From a bacterium (GTDB lineage: Bacteria > JAJRZV01), in the NCBI GenBank assembly GCA_024275095.1, contig JAJRZV010000047.1, positions 159-64,158 of the forward strand: a DNA stretch of 64,000 nucleotides. Direction: 5' to 3'. A program made the position numbers and the translations under genes. Every line of letters starts with the position of its first letter. Positions within the stretch are counted from its first letter, which is position 1. Below, piece after piece: positions 1-10,823 of the stretch. Under the pieces are notes generated by a model that worked only from the letters and a program-made list of their open reading frames with translations, searched no databases and was not told where the DNA came from.

Positions 1-243
1 GAAAAGAAAAGCGATCTCAAAGACACGCGTGGTTACTGGTACATCCACAGGTGGGACAATAACAAAACACTGCTCATTTATTCATCATTCGTTGATTCGG
101 GCAAAAAAATGCCCGAGATAATAGAAAAGCTTGTCATGTCTTTTACTTTACCCCGAGTAATAAAAGGTGTCCGTAAATACGTAGAAAAAGAATCAGTCAA
201 CTCTACGAAATCATCTCCGCCGGCTGATGATTTTGGATTCTAA
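1..243 (+). CDS. 3' end of a probable SRPBCC/START (polyketide cyclase-like) protein, truncated by the window edge
   Basis: Frame 1 is open from base 1 to TAA 241-243: EKKSDLKDTRGYWYIHRWDNNKTLLIYSSFVDSGKKMPEIIEKLVMSFTLPRVIKGVRKYVE...; the G-x-W strand followed by a P..I..C-terminal helix is typical of SRPBCC folds. Confidence 0.55.
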   Translation, partial: EKKSDLKDTRGYWYIHRWDNNKTLLIYSSFVDSGKKMPEIIEKLVMSFTLPRVIKGVRKYVEKESVNSTKSSPPADDFGF

Positions 244-264
244 TTTCACCCTTTCGATCAGAAG

Positions 265-2055
265 CTATACATTGCTATTGTTGTAACTGCTTACGGCCCT
301 TTCATAGGCAGCAATCAATTCTGAATGGCTGATAGTACCCAAAAAATCACCTTCATCGGAAAGTACCGGAAGTTCTTCTACACCCGAGCGGATAAAATAA
401 GTTAATGCTTTGTGAAGGGTATCAGAAGGTTTCAAAACCGGCACATCATCACGAACAAGATCATTAACCATTACAATTTCGTGCATCTCTTTACGGGTTC
501 CAGGGTGCATAATCGCTCGTAAATCATCCATATACACCAATCCAAGAAAATTTCCTTCAATATCCATTACAGGAAAACTCTGGCGACCAGTAGATGTGGC
601 CAGGCGGAACACGTCTTCGATGGTCATATCAGGACGTAATGTGATGCGATCCTGCGGAAGATGCGTGGCTCCCATAACGGTAATGCTATCCAAGACATCC
701 ACCATAAAATCCTGTCGGTGCGACTGCGAATCCTTTTTGGAATACACCTGAGCCTCGTATATGGTCCAGTTCCCGGAAAAGAAAAAACTGAAAAAGCTGG
801 CCGCGGTTATCGGTACAAGAAGGTCATAGTTTCCTGTAAGTTCGGCAATCATGATAATGGTAGCAAGTGGTACCTTTGCCACACATGCAAAAAAGCTCCC
901 CATGCCCACCAGCACGAAAGCACCTGTACTGATTTGAATGTTGGGTAAAATAATCTTCAATAAATGTCCATAAACGCCACCCAGCGCAGCACCAATGGCA
1001 AACGAAGGAGCATACAGCCCACCTGACGCTCCCGCACCGAGTGTGAACGAGGTTGCCACAATCTTTAAAAGCGCAAAAACAATGAGCATCTTTAAACCAA
1101 GATGTTCATTGAGCATTTCCTGAACCCATCCGTAACCATCTGATGAAACAGCAGGTATTACCGCTATGCAAAATCCAACCACGATGGCTCCCAAAAACGG
1201 TGTAAGAAATCTGGGTATCATGCTGCGCGTGAACACTGTGTGCACACTACGCAGCAAGCGCGAATAGAAGTATCCAAAAGGAATCATGAAAAAGCCCATA
1301 AGTGCAAAAACAGGCACGTGGATAATGCTGAACTGGTAAGATGGTGTGGTAAAGATAGGACTCCAGGTATCAAACAGGCCATACACCACATAGGCTGCTA
1401 TGGAAGCGACAATAATGTGGGTAAGTGCTTCTGTTTCCAATTCCGCTGACCGGTAAAGAACCTCGGCGGCAAATATCGCACCTCCAATAGGAGCCTTAAA
1501 TATTGCACCCACACCTGCTCCCGCACCTGCCAGCGTAAACATGCGTTTTTCACGATCGGTCAATCTAAATACAGATGAAAGAACCCCTGCCACACCGGCA
1601 CCAATTTGGGAAATTGGACCTTCTTTCCCGGCTGAACCACCCGTCCCAATAACCAGAGCAGAGGCCAGGGCTTTAATAACAGGTGTCGTAATGGAACTTT
1701 TAATGCGACCGGTATGAAACGAATGAATCATGTAATCCGTGCCGTCTCCCATCGCCTCTGGAGCTGTAAGGTACACCACAATTCCAGATATAAGAGCACC
1801 TGCTGCCACAATTGCTATCAAGCCCCACATGGGCCCCCAAAAGGTAACGGTTGCACCCTTGATAATATGTGGTTCTGCATAACCACCAATGTCATAGAGG
1901 AGAGACTTCTTTGCCAGATGAACAACCTGGGCAAACACATAAGCCATAAAACCCGAAACCATACCCACAAACACAGCAAAGCCAGCTCCCCGCATCGAAA
2001 GGGACTTTCGCAGTTGTTTGAATGAAAAGCGGCCCGTCTTATTATCTTTCTTCAC
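265..2055 (-). CDS. ClC family chloride channel / H+/Cl- antiporter with C-terminal CBS pair
   Basis: GKEGP and GGLYAP signature motifs, many TM helices, two CBS domains (FPVMD..G..LG; LPVLSDEG..LG). Confidence 0.93.
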   Translation of the reverse strand: MKKDNKTGRFSFKQLRKSLSMRGAGFAVFVGMVSGFMAYVFAQVVHLAKKSLLYDIGGYAEPHIIKGATVTFWGPMWGLIAIVAAGALISGIVVYLTAPEAMGDGTDYMIHSFHTGRIKSSITTPVIKALASALVIGTGGSAGKEGPISQIGAGVAGVLSSVFRLTDREKRMFTLAGAGAGVGAIFKAPIGGAIFAAEVLYRSAELETEALTHIIVASIAAYVVYGLFDTWSPIFTTPSYQFSIIHVPVFALMGFFMIPFGYFYSRLLRSVHTVFTRSMIPRFLTPFLGAIVVGFCIAVIPAVSSDGYGWVQEMLNEHLGLKMLIVFALLKIVATSFTLGAGASGGLYAPSFAIGAALGGVYGHLLKIILPNIQISTGAFVLVGMGSFFACVAKVPLATIIMIAELTGNYDLLVPITAASFFSFFFSGNWTIYEAQVYSKKDSQSHRQDFMVDVLDSITVMGATHLPQDRITLRPDMTIEDVFRLATSTGRQSFPVMDIEGNFLGLVYMDDLRAIMHPGTRKEMHEIVMVNDLVRDDVPVLKPSDTLHKALTYFIRSGVEELPVLSDEGDFLGTISHSELIAAYERAVSSYNNSNV

Positions 2056-2130
2056 TTCTCTTTATACACCGGAAGTTTTGTTTCCTTATTATTCTCCTCG
2101 CTGCCTCCAATTGCAAGAACCTCTACCCCC

Positions 2131-2255
2131 GTTTGCTTCGCCACCGCTCGCATGACGGGGTAAAAAAAGCGGGAGTCGCAATGACACTCCCCCAGTCGTT
2201 ACGAGTAAATCCCCTGCATCGCGGGAAACGACCGAAGCAATCTCTATGGATTGCA
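2131..2255. repeat. Degenerate palindromic REP-like cluster (GATTGCTTCG...CTCGCAATGAC / GTCATTGCGAG...CGAAGCAATC type)
   Basis: tttgcttcgccaccgctcgcatgac, tcgcaatgac, gtcgttacgag...cgaagcaatctc in alternating orientation; related cluster at 13831-13942. Confidence 0.55.
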
Positions 2256-2299
2256 CGGGAAACCTTAGTGTGAAAAATCGAGACCAGCCCCCGGGGAAT

Positions 2300-5200
2300 T
2301 TACTCGGCTGTACTTTCCATTTTCAAAAGAATTTCCTGTAAAGCCTCCACTCTTTCCGGAGAAGCAGACCAGTAACCACGATGTTGAGCCTCAACAAGCA
2401 ACTCTACAAGCCGGATTGCCGCGTAAATGTTATTAGCCTGTAATCTCTTACGCACATCTTCATTAAAAACAAACGTTTCAGCTACTTCATCAAATATCCA
2501 TTCTTTTACATGCCCTGTAGTCGCGGCAAAACCCAGGAGGTATTCCATCCTATCCTTGATCTTCTTTGCACCGTGAAAATCATGCTCCAGCAACCCTTCT
2601 ATCCACAGTGGATTGAATATGCGTGTTCTTGCTGCTCTATCTATCGCTTCAGAAAGAGTAAGTACTTCGACGTCTTCAGTAGTATCAATAACCATCACAT
2701 CTGCCCGTTCACTCTTGCGTACTTCTACAGCCTTGGCAAGTCCTCCAAGAAATTCGTAGTAATGGTCAAGATCAGTAATGTCATATTCCACGTTGTCTCT
2801 CTCCTGCGTTACAACATCAACATTCGTGAGCACCATATTGAAAGCTTCATTCTGTTTTTCCACGCGTCCTCTGAAATAAGCATGATTCATACTCTCTTCA
2901 TAGCTACGTGCAAGTTCGTCTTCACTTTTCCAGCAACCCGTCTCCACGAGTGTACGCATCGAGGTTGCATATTCAGATGGAGAGGGGCCGAAAACGCGTG
3001 CCAGCGCGAAATCTCCTAACTTTTCTTTTGCTTGGAAATAATGCTTTTTTACAAAATTCATCTCCGGCGGTTCGTCAAGAAAGGCTACAATCTCCACCGC
3101 CCGGTTGATAAGGTCAACATGAGTGTGAAAGGTGTCTCTGAATATACCGCATATAGTTACAGCCACATCTATACGCGGCCTGCCGAGTTTCTCCAAAGGA
3201 ATCACCTCTAACTCCTTGAACCACGGGCTCTTTTTATGTATGAGTCTCACTCCCAGAAGTGCCAGTATCATTGCAATGGTATCTCCACCCGTCTTCATGG
3301 TTTCAAAACCCCAAAGGACAACACCCACGGTTTCCGGCCACCTTCCCTCCCGCTTCCGGTATGCATTCAACAACATCTCTGCAGCCTGCCTCCCCCGGGC
3401 TTCGGCTGTTACAGTTGGAACGAGTCGTGGATCAAAAGCATACATGGCTCTTCCGGCAGGATATACTTCCGGGTCGCGTACAGGGTCACCTCCTCGAGCC
3501 GGCATAACAAATCGCCCACACAGCGCGTCGAGCAATGCCCTGCTTTCACAAAAATCCCGGGTTGCAGCGGCTACTTGATTAATGAAAGCAACGTAATCCT
3601 TCGGTAGCCATTCTGGGGCACGGCCATTGAGCACGGCGGTAATTACTTTTCTTGCCGTATTTTCCAGTTCATGTTCCGCGTGCGTATTTTTGATTTTTCC
3701 CCACTCCGTTCCCTTGCGTTCAGCCAAAAACCTGAATAATGACGGGACATCACGGTCTATGCGTAATACCGCAAGAAGGAACTCCTCCAGATCCTCGCTC
3801 GAAGGTTTCCTATCCATTATGTGAAGTCCTCGAGTAATAAGCGTGCGCTTCATTTTGAAGAGCCTCTTTCTCAAAGTTTCCACGTCTGGTTCCATGTGCA
3901 AGTGGTTGACCACATCCTTTATTTCCTGGAGCACTTTTTCATCACGGGTGGTGTCATACTCATTTAACAAATTCTCCAGGACTAAATACTCGCCATAAAG
4001 ACCGGCACATCTCATGGGCGGGGAGGCATGTGAAACACACAGTGCGAGCGAACGTCTCTTGGCAATGGTTGACTCCGATGTGTTGCCTATCCAGTAGTAG
4101 TAAATATGAGGCATGCTTCCAATGAGAAGTGCTGGATAACACTCTCTCGAAAGAGCTGCTTCCTTACCTTTGGTAAACTCCAGTGTCCCGTGCATACCAA
4201 AATGTATAATTGCATCCGCTCTGAACTCCCTTTCCAGGAACATATAATAGGCAAGGTACTGATGGTGTGGAGGAAGTTCCCTGTCATGATATGCTTTTTC
4301 CGGATCCTCATGTACGCCCCTGGCAGGCTGTACCCCCAGGAAAATATTGCCAAGAACAACTCCTGGAATAAGGATATCTGTACCATCAACCATTATATCT
4401 CCTGGCGGAGGTCCCCAGTGGCTTACTACTTCTTTTTGAACCTTCACCGGCAGAGCCCTGAACCACTGAAGATATTTATCCAGTGGGACGCGAAGACGGG
4501 ACTTTCTAACATACGCAGGACTATTTACAATGCCTTCGGCCAGGAAAAGCTCCTCTAACGGCCTATCTGGTAAATCAACTTTGTATCCTTCCTCTCCCAG
4601 CTTCTCCAGAAACACCCGAAGACTTTTGAACACATCAAGGTATCCCGCTTCTCCTATACTGTACTCGCCGGGAGGATAATCGTAAGTGATAACAGCAATA
4701 CGCTTTTCACTGTTGGATGCAAAACGTAAATGCAACCACCGTTTGATACGTGCGGCCAAAGCGCGAACTCCGTCCTCCAGCACCTTCACTTTCTTAACCT
4801 TACCCAACAATTCATCATCTTCGCTCTCCAGACACGCAACAAATACGGGCTCAATGGCCCCGTCAATTTCTGGAAGCGTCATGTTAAGCACTATTTCCAG
4901 AGGGCTCATCCCGGCCGGTTCCTCTTCCCACTTTTTCCTGTCTGTTTCATAGGTTCTTACAGGTACAATATAAGGAGCATTTAACTTTGAAAGAAATTCA
5001 TACGTGGGTTCCGGTTCTCCTCCATAGGGCCCTCCGTGCAGGCGAAAATACTGCATATTTACAAACAGATCCACATCCTTCAGGTACTTGTTCACTGCTT
5101 CGATATTGTGTTCTACCTTGGAAAAAGCAAAAATCAGGTTCACATCTTCCTTCAACTCCGCGTACAGAGCCTCTGCAACAGGCCGTGTATCATCAAAATG

Positions 5201-5917
5201 CATTCCACCGTAAAGTAACACGCCCACCGTGGGTTTGTGTGATGAAAAACCGATCCGGTGTTTATAAACGTCCAGATTTTCACACACACCTTCACCAGGA
5301 ACGTACAACCCTATGGCCGGACGCCGCACAGGGGCTGGAACTTTGCCAATCTGTTTCACGCACGCATAATGCTTCAGCAAAAACAATATGAGATTCTTCA
5401 GATTTTCTGCATCACCCTCGGTGTAATACTCCTGAGCCAGCACCCAGTTACGCATATCTTTCAGCATGCCAACAGGTACAATTGCTCCGAGCCTTCTTAC
5501 AATCGCTGAAAACTTCCTGGCTTTCATATAAGAATGTATATCGAATTCTTTTTCACGTTCTGGAGTAAACACTCTACTTCCGTCAAACCTACCCATGCGT
5601 GTCAGTGCGAAAATATGACTGCTGCCTCCTATCAAGGTAACAATGGTTTTATTCTTACTTCCCGCAAGCATCCGAGGAAGTTCCCGACCCACCCGCGTTT
5701 CACCCCTCACATCGACAAGGATAATATCTGAGCCGGATATTGCTCTCTCCAGCGGTTCCAACGAAACATCACCTTTCTCGTAATCATCGAAATACACCTT
5801 TTGAACACGCACGATATCCCCGTATTCACGGCGTACCATACCTACTGCCTCACGCAGGCTCAATGTATTGTTGATGGTACTCAGCAAAAGGATTCGACAC
5901 ACACGCGAAGCCATCAC
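2300..5917 (-). CDS. CobN/magnesium chelatase subunit H (BchH-like) family large subunit
   Basis: 1205 aa; [55 protein letters not shown] motifs. Confidence 0.93.
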   Translation of the reverse strand: MMASRVCRILLLSTINNTLSLREAVGMVRREYGDIVRVQKVYFDDYEKGDVSLEPLERAISGSDIILVDVRGETRVGRELPRMLAGSKNKTIVTLIGGSSHIFALTRMGRFDGSRVFTPEREKEFDIHSYMKARKFSAIVRRLGAIVPVGMLKDMRNWVLAQEYYTEGDAENLKNLILFLLKHYACVKQIGKVPAPVRRPAIGLYVPGEGVCENLDVYKHRIGFSSHKPTVGVLLYGGMHFDDTRPVAEALYAELKEDVNLIFAFSKVEHNIEAVNKYLKDVDLFVNMQYFRLHGGPYGGEPEPTYEFLSKLNAPYIVPVRTYETDRKKWEEEPAGMSPLEIVLNMTLPEIDGAIEPVFVACLESEDDELLGKVKKVKVLEDGVRALAARIKRWLHLRFASNSEKRIAVITYDYPPGEYSIGEAGYLDVFKSLRVFLEKLGEEGYKVDLPDRPLEELFLAEGIVNSPAYVRKSRLRVPLDKYLQWFRALPVKVQKEVVSHWGPPPGDIMVDGTDILIPGVVLGNIFLGVQPARGVHEDPEKAYHDRELPPHHQYLAYYMFLEREFRADAIIHFGMHGTLEFTKGKEAALSRECYPALLIGSMPHIYYYWIGNTSESTIAKRRSLALCVSHASPPMRCAGLYGEYLVLENLLNEYDTTRDEKVLQEIKDVVNHLHMEPDVETLRKRLFKMKRTLITRGLHIMDRKPSSEDLEEFLLAVLRIDRDVPSLFRFLAERKGTEWGKIKNTHAEHELENTARKVITAVLNGRAPEWLPKDYVAFINQVAAATRDFCESRALLDALCGRFVMPARGGDPVRDPEVYPAGRAMYAFDPRLVPTVTAEARGRQAAEMLLNAYRKREGRWPETVGVVLWGFETMKTGGDTIAMILALLGVRLIHKKSPWFKELEVIPLEKLGRPRIDVAVTICGIFRDTFHTHVDLINRAVEIVAFLDEPPEMNFVKKHYFQAKEKLGDFALARVFGPSPSEYATSMRTLVETGCWKSEDELARSYEESMNHAYFRGRVEKQNEAFNMVLTNVDVVTQERDNVEYDITDLDHYYEFLGGLAKAVEVRKSERADVMVIDTTEDVEVLTLSEAIDRAARTRIFNPLWIEGLLEHDFHGAKKIKDRMEYLLGFAATTGHVKEWIFDEVAETFVFNEDVRKRLQANNIYAAIRLVELLVEAQHRGYWSASPERVEALQEILLKMESTAE

Positions 5918-7716
5918 ATCAGTTCATCAATATACCACAATGGTGCATCCAGCACTTTTGCCATTTTTTCCAGAGTACCGACACTCCGGGCACGAGGTTC
6001 CGTATTAATAATAATAAATTCTGTCTCTCCTCTCGCAGCAGCAATAATTTCCAGGTCTTCATCTAAACTGCTCTTCATAAACACATTACACCTGCCATCA
6101 GAAATAAGGATAACCTTAACACTGTCTCCTCTTTCCTTCCTTGCTTCCTGAAACGCTGCATAAATAGCGGGAGTAAGCGGAGTTTTACCACCTGTAGGTA
6201 CACTTTCAAGCATTTCTTCTATCTTCAGCATGTCCGTCGTGGGAGCAACAAGCAACTCAGGAGTCTCTCTCCGGAAAACCATAAGAGCGACTCTGCTCTT
6301 TTTCTCATAAGATCGCCTCAATAATTGCCAGGCCAGTGATTTTGCAAGTTTCACCTTTCGGTCCATTCGCATGGATGAAGAACAGTCAAGCAAAATGAAG
6401 TAGAGACTTCTGCCGCGACCTTTTCTTATTTTTTCCATTAAATGTTCAGGTAACACATTCAGGGTTCCTGTTTCCCTCACCGCCCTTTTTACCGTAGCAT
6501 CCAGCGCCACGTTCCCGGTGTTTTCATTTGCGCGTGCTTTAACGTATAAACCCCGTCTCCCTTCGGTGGGGTGCTTATCCCAACCCTCTTTTTCTCCACG
6601 CATTCCTTGAATGAGCGGGTCCACTTTAAATTTCCTATTCTTCTGAAAATCGAAAATCTCTTCTGTATAAGTATTATTTTGATTCTCCTCCTTCAGGAGC
6701 TGACGAATTGCATCACGTGAAAGCGATCTTTCTCTTTCAAAAGGTTGCTGACGCATCCGGTGAGGAAGAGCAAGAAGCGCTGCCTCCTCCACGTCTTCCT
6801 CTGTTACAAAATTTCTTCCGTTTAGAGCTGCAAGCGCTCTCGCAGTTTTTTCCATTACAATGTCTGCTCTGTGAGTGCGTACACCAAGGGCCGAGGTAAT
6901 CCGTACAATGCGCTCAAGAAGCGGAACCGGAATATCAACATCAGGTAGCAATTCGCGTGCTCTTATGATAGTGTCCCTCAGCAGTTCCTCTTCGTGGGCA
7001 AATTCCTCATTAAACCGCCATGGATCTTCATCAAATCGTCTTCTATACTCCATAACTCTCAGTCTTTCTTCCGGAGAGGATAAAGCCTCAACTTCCACAC
7101 ACAGGCCAAAACGGTCCAGTATCTGAGGTCGCAGGTTCCCCTCTTCAGGATTCATGGTGCCTACCAGTATAAAACGTGATGGATGATAAAAGGAGACGCC
7201 TTCCCGCTCCACAATGTTCACCCCCATAGCAGCGGCATCGAGCAGAATATTTACCAGGTGATCATCGAGCAGATTCACTTCATCGATGTAAAGGATATTC
7301 CTGTTTGCCCTTGCAAGAAGGCCGGGCTCGAAGGCTTTGATACCATCTTTGAGTACACGCTTGATATCCAGCATACCTACCACCATGTCCTCAGTAGCCG
7401 AAAGAGGCATATCAACCACTTCCATTTTCTTCTCAATCTCCGGAAGAGACCCTTCCTCCCTGTAACGCTCCTGGCACCGCATGCACATAAACTGGACATT
7501 TGACGGATGACAGTTAAAAGAACATCCCTGGACAACCTTGATGGGAGGAAGAAGCCGGGCCAGTGCACGCACAGCAGTGGATTTACCTGTACCTTTATCT
7601 CCCTTGATGAGCACTCCTGCAATGGTCGAGTCTACCGCATTGAGAAGCAGAGCCTGCTTCATCCGCTCCTGCCCCACTATGGCAGGAAAGGGAAACACGG
7701 GGAATTTGTGATACAC
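5914..7716 (-). CDS. Chelatase AAA+ ATPase, ChlI/ChlD-type with C-terminal vWA domain
   Basis: [10 protein letters not shown], Walker [26 protein letters not shown], vWA MIDAS DCSSSM, GGKTPL, ISDGR; overlaps the start of the CobN-like gene by 4 nt. Confidence 0.93.
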   Translation of the reverse strand: MYHKFPVFPFPAIVGQERMKQALLLNAVDSTIAGVLIKGDKGTGKSTAVRALARLLPPIKVVQGCSFNCHPSNVQFMCMRCQERYREEGSLPEIEKKMEVVDMPLSATEDMVVGMLDIKRVLKDGIKAFEPGLLARANRNILYIDEVNLLDDHLVNILLDAAAMGVNIVEREGVSFYHPSRFILVGTMNPEEGNLRPQILDRFGLCVEVEALSSPEERLRVMEYRRRFDEDPWRFNEEFAHEEELLRDTIIRARELLPDVDIPVPLLERIVRITSALGVRTHRADIVMEKTARALAALNGRNFVTEEDVEEAALLALPHRMRQQPFERERSLSRDAIRQLLKEENQNNTYTEEIFDFQKNRKFKVDPLIQGMRGEKEGWDKHPTEGRRGLYVKARANENTGNVALDATVKRAVRETGTLNVLPEHLMEKIRKGRGRSLYFILLDCSSSMRMDRKVKLAKSLAWQLLRRSYEKKSRVALMVFRRETPELLVAPTTDMLKIEEMLESVPTGGKTPLTPAIYAAFQEARKERGDSVKVILISDGRCNVFMKSSLDEDLEIIAAARGETEFIIINTEPRARSVGTLEKMAKVLDAPLWYIDELM

Positions 7717-7896
7717 GCGCAGACCTCCTGATTACCAAATGATCACACGAATATGATTTACAGTAATACTGATCACTTTATCAATCAAGAAGCTCGCCAC
7801 AGAATATTCATGAATCACTTACTACCCATCCTTGTAATATCAATACCGTCTTTATTACCATTAAATCACAGAAAAAAATTGATTAACTTCCAGACC

Positions 7897-9132
7897 ATGC
7901 TCAAACCAAAGTTGAGACCACTGGACGTGAGGCCTGTTTTTCAGGGCAAACAGCGTCTTCTTATGCTGCGTGACCCTCTGGGAATTGCCAGCAGAGAAAT
8001 TTTTCTGCCTGCGGAAATAGGACCCCTCTTGCATTTGATGGACGGGACAAGGGACGCGCGAGACCTTTCGATTTCGCTCTCGCTTCGGTTTGGACAGCAC
8101 ATATCCCCTGCAGATATTCAGCAACTTATCAACGTGCTTGACCGTGAACTTCTCCTGGACAATGATAATTTTCGAACTCAGCAGCAGAAAATCCTGGAAG
8201 AATTTCGTCAGGCCCCTTTTCGTCCCATGAACTGTGCAGGGAGTTCCTATCCTGAAAATCCTGACACCCTCGCGAAAACCCTTCAGAATTACGTAGAAAA
8301 AGCCTGCAGTGATACACCCAGCATTCCCGAAATTTCCCCCACCAAAAAGATCCTCGGACTCATCTGTCCACACATCGACTTCCAGAGAGGCTGGCGAGTT
8401 TATGCGCGTGTATGGCACCAGGCCAAACAGGCTTTTATCAACGCAGATACAGTCATCATTATAGGCACTGATCACTACGGCACTGATGAGTCAGGAGTAA
8501 CTCTTACGTACCAGTCATATGCCACACCATGGGGAGTACTCCCCACCCACAGGGATGCAGTTGAATACATAGCGCATACAGTAGGTGAAGATACTGCATT
8601 TGCCGGTGAACTTCGACACAAGGGAGAGCACTCTATCGAGCTTGCTGCTGTGTGGCTTCACTTTATCCGGGAGGGTAAAGCCTGTCACCTTATACCTATT
8701 CTTACAGGTACATTCCAAATCGAAAAAAATAAAGATCCACACACCGAGTCTTTAATCAATCCGATTGTGGAAAAAACGTGTCAGGTTATTTCAAAAATTG
8801 CCGAAGACCTCCAGGCACCAATTGTCTCAGCAGCGGACCTCTCCCATGTCGGCCCTGCATTTGGAGGGCCTCCACTCGACCTCAGAGAAAGCGCCCGGCT
8901 GAAAGACACAGATGCACGGCTCCTTGAGTACATTACCAGGTGTGATGCTACAGGTTTTTTCGCAGAAATATGCCGCACACAGAATGAAACTCATGTGTGT
9001 GGTGTCTCTGCCATTTTCACGCTCATGAGAGCGTTGAAATCTGCAAGGGGAACTGTAATTGACTATCAGCGATGTCCAGCGGATGAAAACGGCCTGTCCG
9101 CAGTGACAATTTGCGGCGCCATTTTTTCATAA
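7897..9132 (+). CDS. amrB: AmmeMemoRadiSam system protein B (MEMO1 family)
   Basis: AGSSYP, PHIDF, GTDH, EHSIEL, ADLSHVGPAFG, VCG motifs; likely start at ATG 7897 (MLKPKLRPL), not the track's 7753. Confidence 0.88.
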   Translation: MLKPKLRPLDVRPVFQGKQRLLMLRDPLGIASREIFLPAEIGPLLHLMDGTRDARDLSISLSLRFGQHISPADIQQLINVLDRELLLDNDNFRTQQQKILEEFRQAPFRPMNCAGSSYPENPDTLAKTLQNYVEKACSDTPSIPEISPTKKILGLICPHIDFQRGWRVYARVWHQAKQAFINADTVIIIGTDHYGTDESGVTLTYQSYATPWGVLPTHRDAVEYIAHTVGEDTAFAGELRHKGEHSIELAAVWLHFIREGKACHLIPILTGTFQIEKNKDPHTESLINPIVEKTCQVISKIAEDLQAPIVSAADLSHVGPAFGGPPLDLRESARLKDTDARLLEYITRCDATGFFAEICRTQNETHVCGVSAIFTLMRALKSARGTVIDYQRCPADENGLSAVTICGAIFS

Positions 9133-9294
9133 AACACGGCGTCAAATTCGGCTTCTCTACTTCTTTTTACTACCCAACTCCTCAAAAAAATACTCTGGCG
9201 CAACTTAGCACATGCGTCAAAAAAGCGTTTTTGAACAAAAATTATTCGAAACAAATACCAACAAGCGGGGTGAATTGAAATAGATTCGATATTA

Positions 9295-9348
9295 TTGACA
9301 CATTGTGTCAAACAATGGGTTGACATTTTTGACGCACTGCATTATATT
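9295..9348 (+). promoter_or_regulatory. Sigma-70 promoter with upstream palindromic operator
   Basis: TTGACA 9320-9325, 17 nt spacer, TATATT 9343-9348; palindrome TTGACACATTGTGTCAA 9295-9311. Confidence 0.7.
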
Positions 9349-9376
9349 TAAAGTGAAAAATATAGGAGGTGCTGAA

Positions 9377-9724
9377 ATGGCTAAGGCACTGGCATACCGA
9401 TTGGAAAAAGCAGCAAAAAGGATGTGGGTTCATGGAGAGCAGCTGGGTAATGTGGCAATATCCCTGGGGGGTGTTGCTCTTGCATTAACCTTCATTGTAA
9501 TCACGCTCACACTTACAGATGGCGCCTCCGTGGTTCTGAAAAACGCGTTTGTGTTCGCCATGACGCTGGTATCTGGAACCTTCGCAGCGCTGGGCCTCAT
9601 CCTCGCTGACCGTACAAGCAGTGACTACAAGAAACGGGTTGCTCGGATTATCAACATCATCGCAGGTGCACCCATGTGGTACATTATCGCGGGCGTCACC
9701 TATGCTCTGAGCATAATTCACTGA
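9377..9724 (+). CDS. Small integral membrane protein (about 3 TM), unknown function
   Basis: AGGAGGT SD then ATG 9377; three hydrophobic segments. Confidence 0.7.
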   Translation: MAKALAYRLEKAAKRMWVHGEQLGNVAISLGGVALALTFIVITLTLTDGASVVLKNAFVFAMTLVSGTFAALGLILADRTSSDYKKRVARIINIIAGAPMWYIIAGVTYALSIIH

Positions 9725-9757
9725 GCCATGCTGTGCGTCTGTCACCCGGGGAGGACT

Positions 9758-10810
9758 TCACTCCTGCAACTGGTCCAAAAAGGTGCGGAGATACCGCTGC
9801 CAGTCATCGAAGTTTATGACGGACTTTTTGAATCCTTTCTCGTACACAACTACTTTGCCGGAAGATCCAACAAACCCGAGATCGGCGTGAAGGGCCTCCC
9901 CAGGACCATTCACCACGCATCCCATTACTGCTATCTTAACGGGCACCCTGAAGCCCGAAATCATCTCTTCCACTTCTTCGGCCATTTTTACCACATCGAA
10001 CTCAGCTCGAGCACAGGTAGGACATGCGATAACAGTGGGACCAGGCTCCCTGAGACCCAGTGACCTCAAAATTTCAAAACCCGCAATCACCTCAAGTACC
10101 GGGTCTGCTGCTAAAGACACACGCAGGGTGTCACCGATTCCCTCGGAGAGAAGTATTCCAAGGGCAACGGCGGACCTGATTCCTCCGCTGAAGCGTGTCC
10201 CGGCTTCGGTTACCCCAAGATGCAATGGATAATCAACTTTTTCTGAAAGTTTTCTATAAACCTCTATTGTATCCATCACACCACTGGCTTTGGCCGAAAT
10301 CTTCACGTTGGTAAGACCCAGGGACGTAATGAGTTCAAGTGAAGATTCCACGCTTGCAAGCATTCCCTCTACAATACCAAGATTTCTATAGCGTTTTTCT
10401 ACAGACCCTGAATTTACCCCAATACGAAGACACGCTCCGGCATCCATAACAGCCAATACCACTTCTTTCAGCTTTTTCTTGCCACCAATGTTCCCGGGAT
10501 TAATGCGAATACCATGAGCACCGGCTTTCACAGCGTCAATAGCAAGACGATAGTGAAAATGAATATCTGCAACCACAGGAACACGAAGGGACGATACGAG
10601 AACCTTTATTGTCTCAACGCTCATCTCATCAGGTATAGAAACACGAACGACTTCACAACCTGCGCTTTCAAGCCGTTTCGCCTGACGAAGGGTGGAATTT
10701 ATATCTGAAGTGACCGTATTGGTCATGGACTGCACCGAAATGGGCGCTCTGCCACCCACTTTCAGGGAACCGAGAGTGACCTCCCGGGTATGTTTACGCT
10801 GAACCTTCAC
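9758..10810 (-). CDS. ispG: (E)-4-hydroxy-3-methylbut-2-enyl-diphosphate synthase
   Basis: VQSMTNT, VADIHF, RINPGNIG, HLGVTEAG, GIGDTLRVSL, CPTCAR, MGCVVNGPGE; start placed at GTG 10810. Confidence 0.97.
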   Translation of the reverse strand: MKVQRKHTREVTLGSLKVGGRAPISVQSMTNTVTSDINSTLRQAKRLESAGCEVVRVSIPDEMSVETIKVLVSSLRVPVVADIHFHYRLAIDAVKAGAHGIRINPGNIGGKKKLKEVVLAVMDAGACLRIGVNSGSVEKRYRNLGIVEGMLASVESSLELITSLGLTNVKISAKASGVMDTIEVYRKLSEKVDYPLHLGVTEAGTRFSGGIRSAVALGILLSEGIGDTLRVSLAADPVLEVIAGFEILRSLGLREPGPTVIACPTCARAEFDVVKMAEEVEEMISGFRVPVKIAVMGCVVNGPGEALHADLGFVGSSGKVVVYEKGFKKSVINFDDWQRYLRTFLDQLQE

Positions 10811-10823
10811 AGGTCCTATTTTC

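Noticed and set aside
7717-7896. Cobalamin riboswitch upstream of the chelatase genes
   Set aside because: AT-rich region with no B12-box or GGGAA/GCCACTG elements
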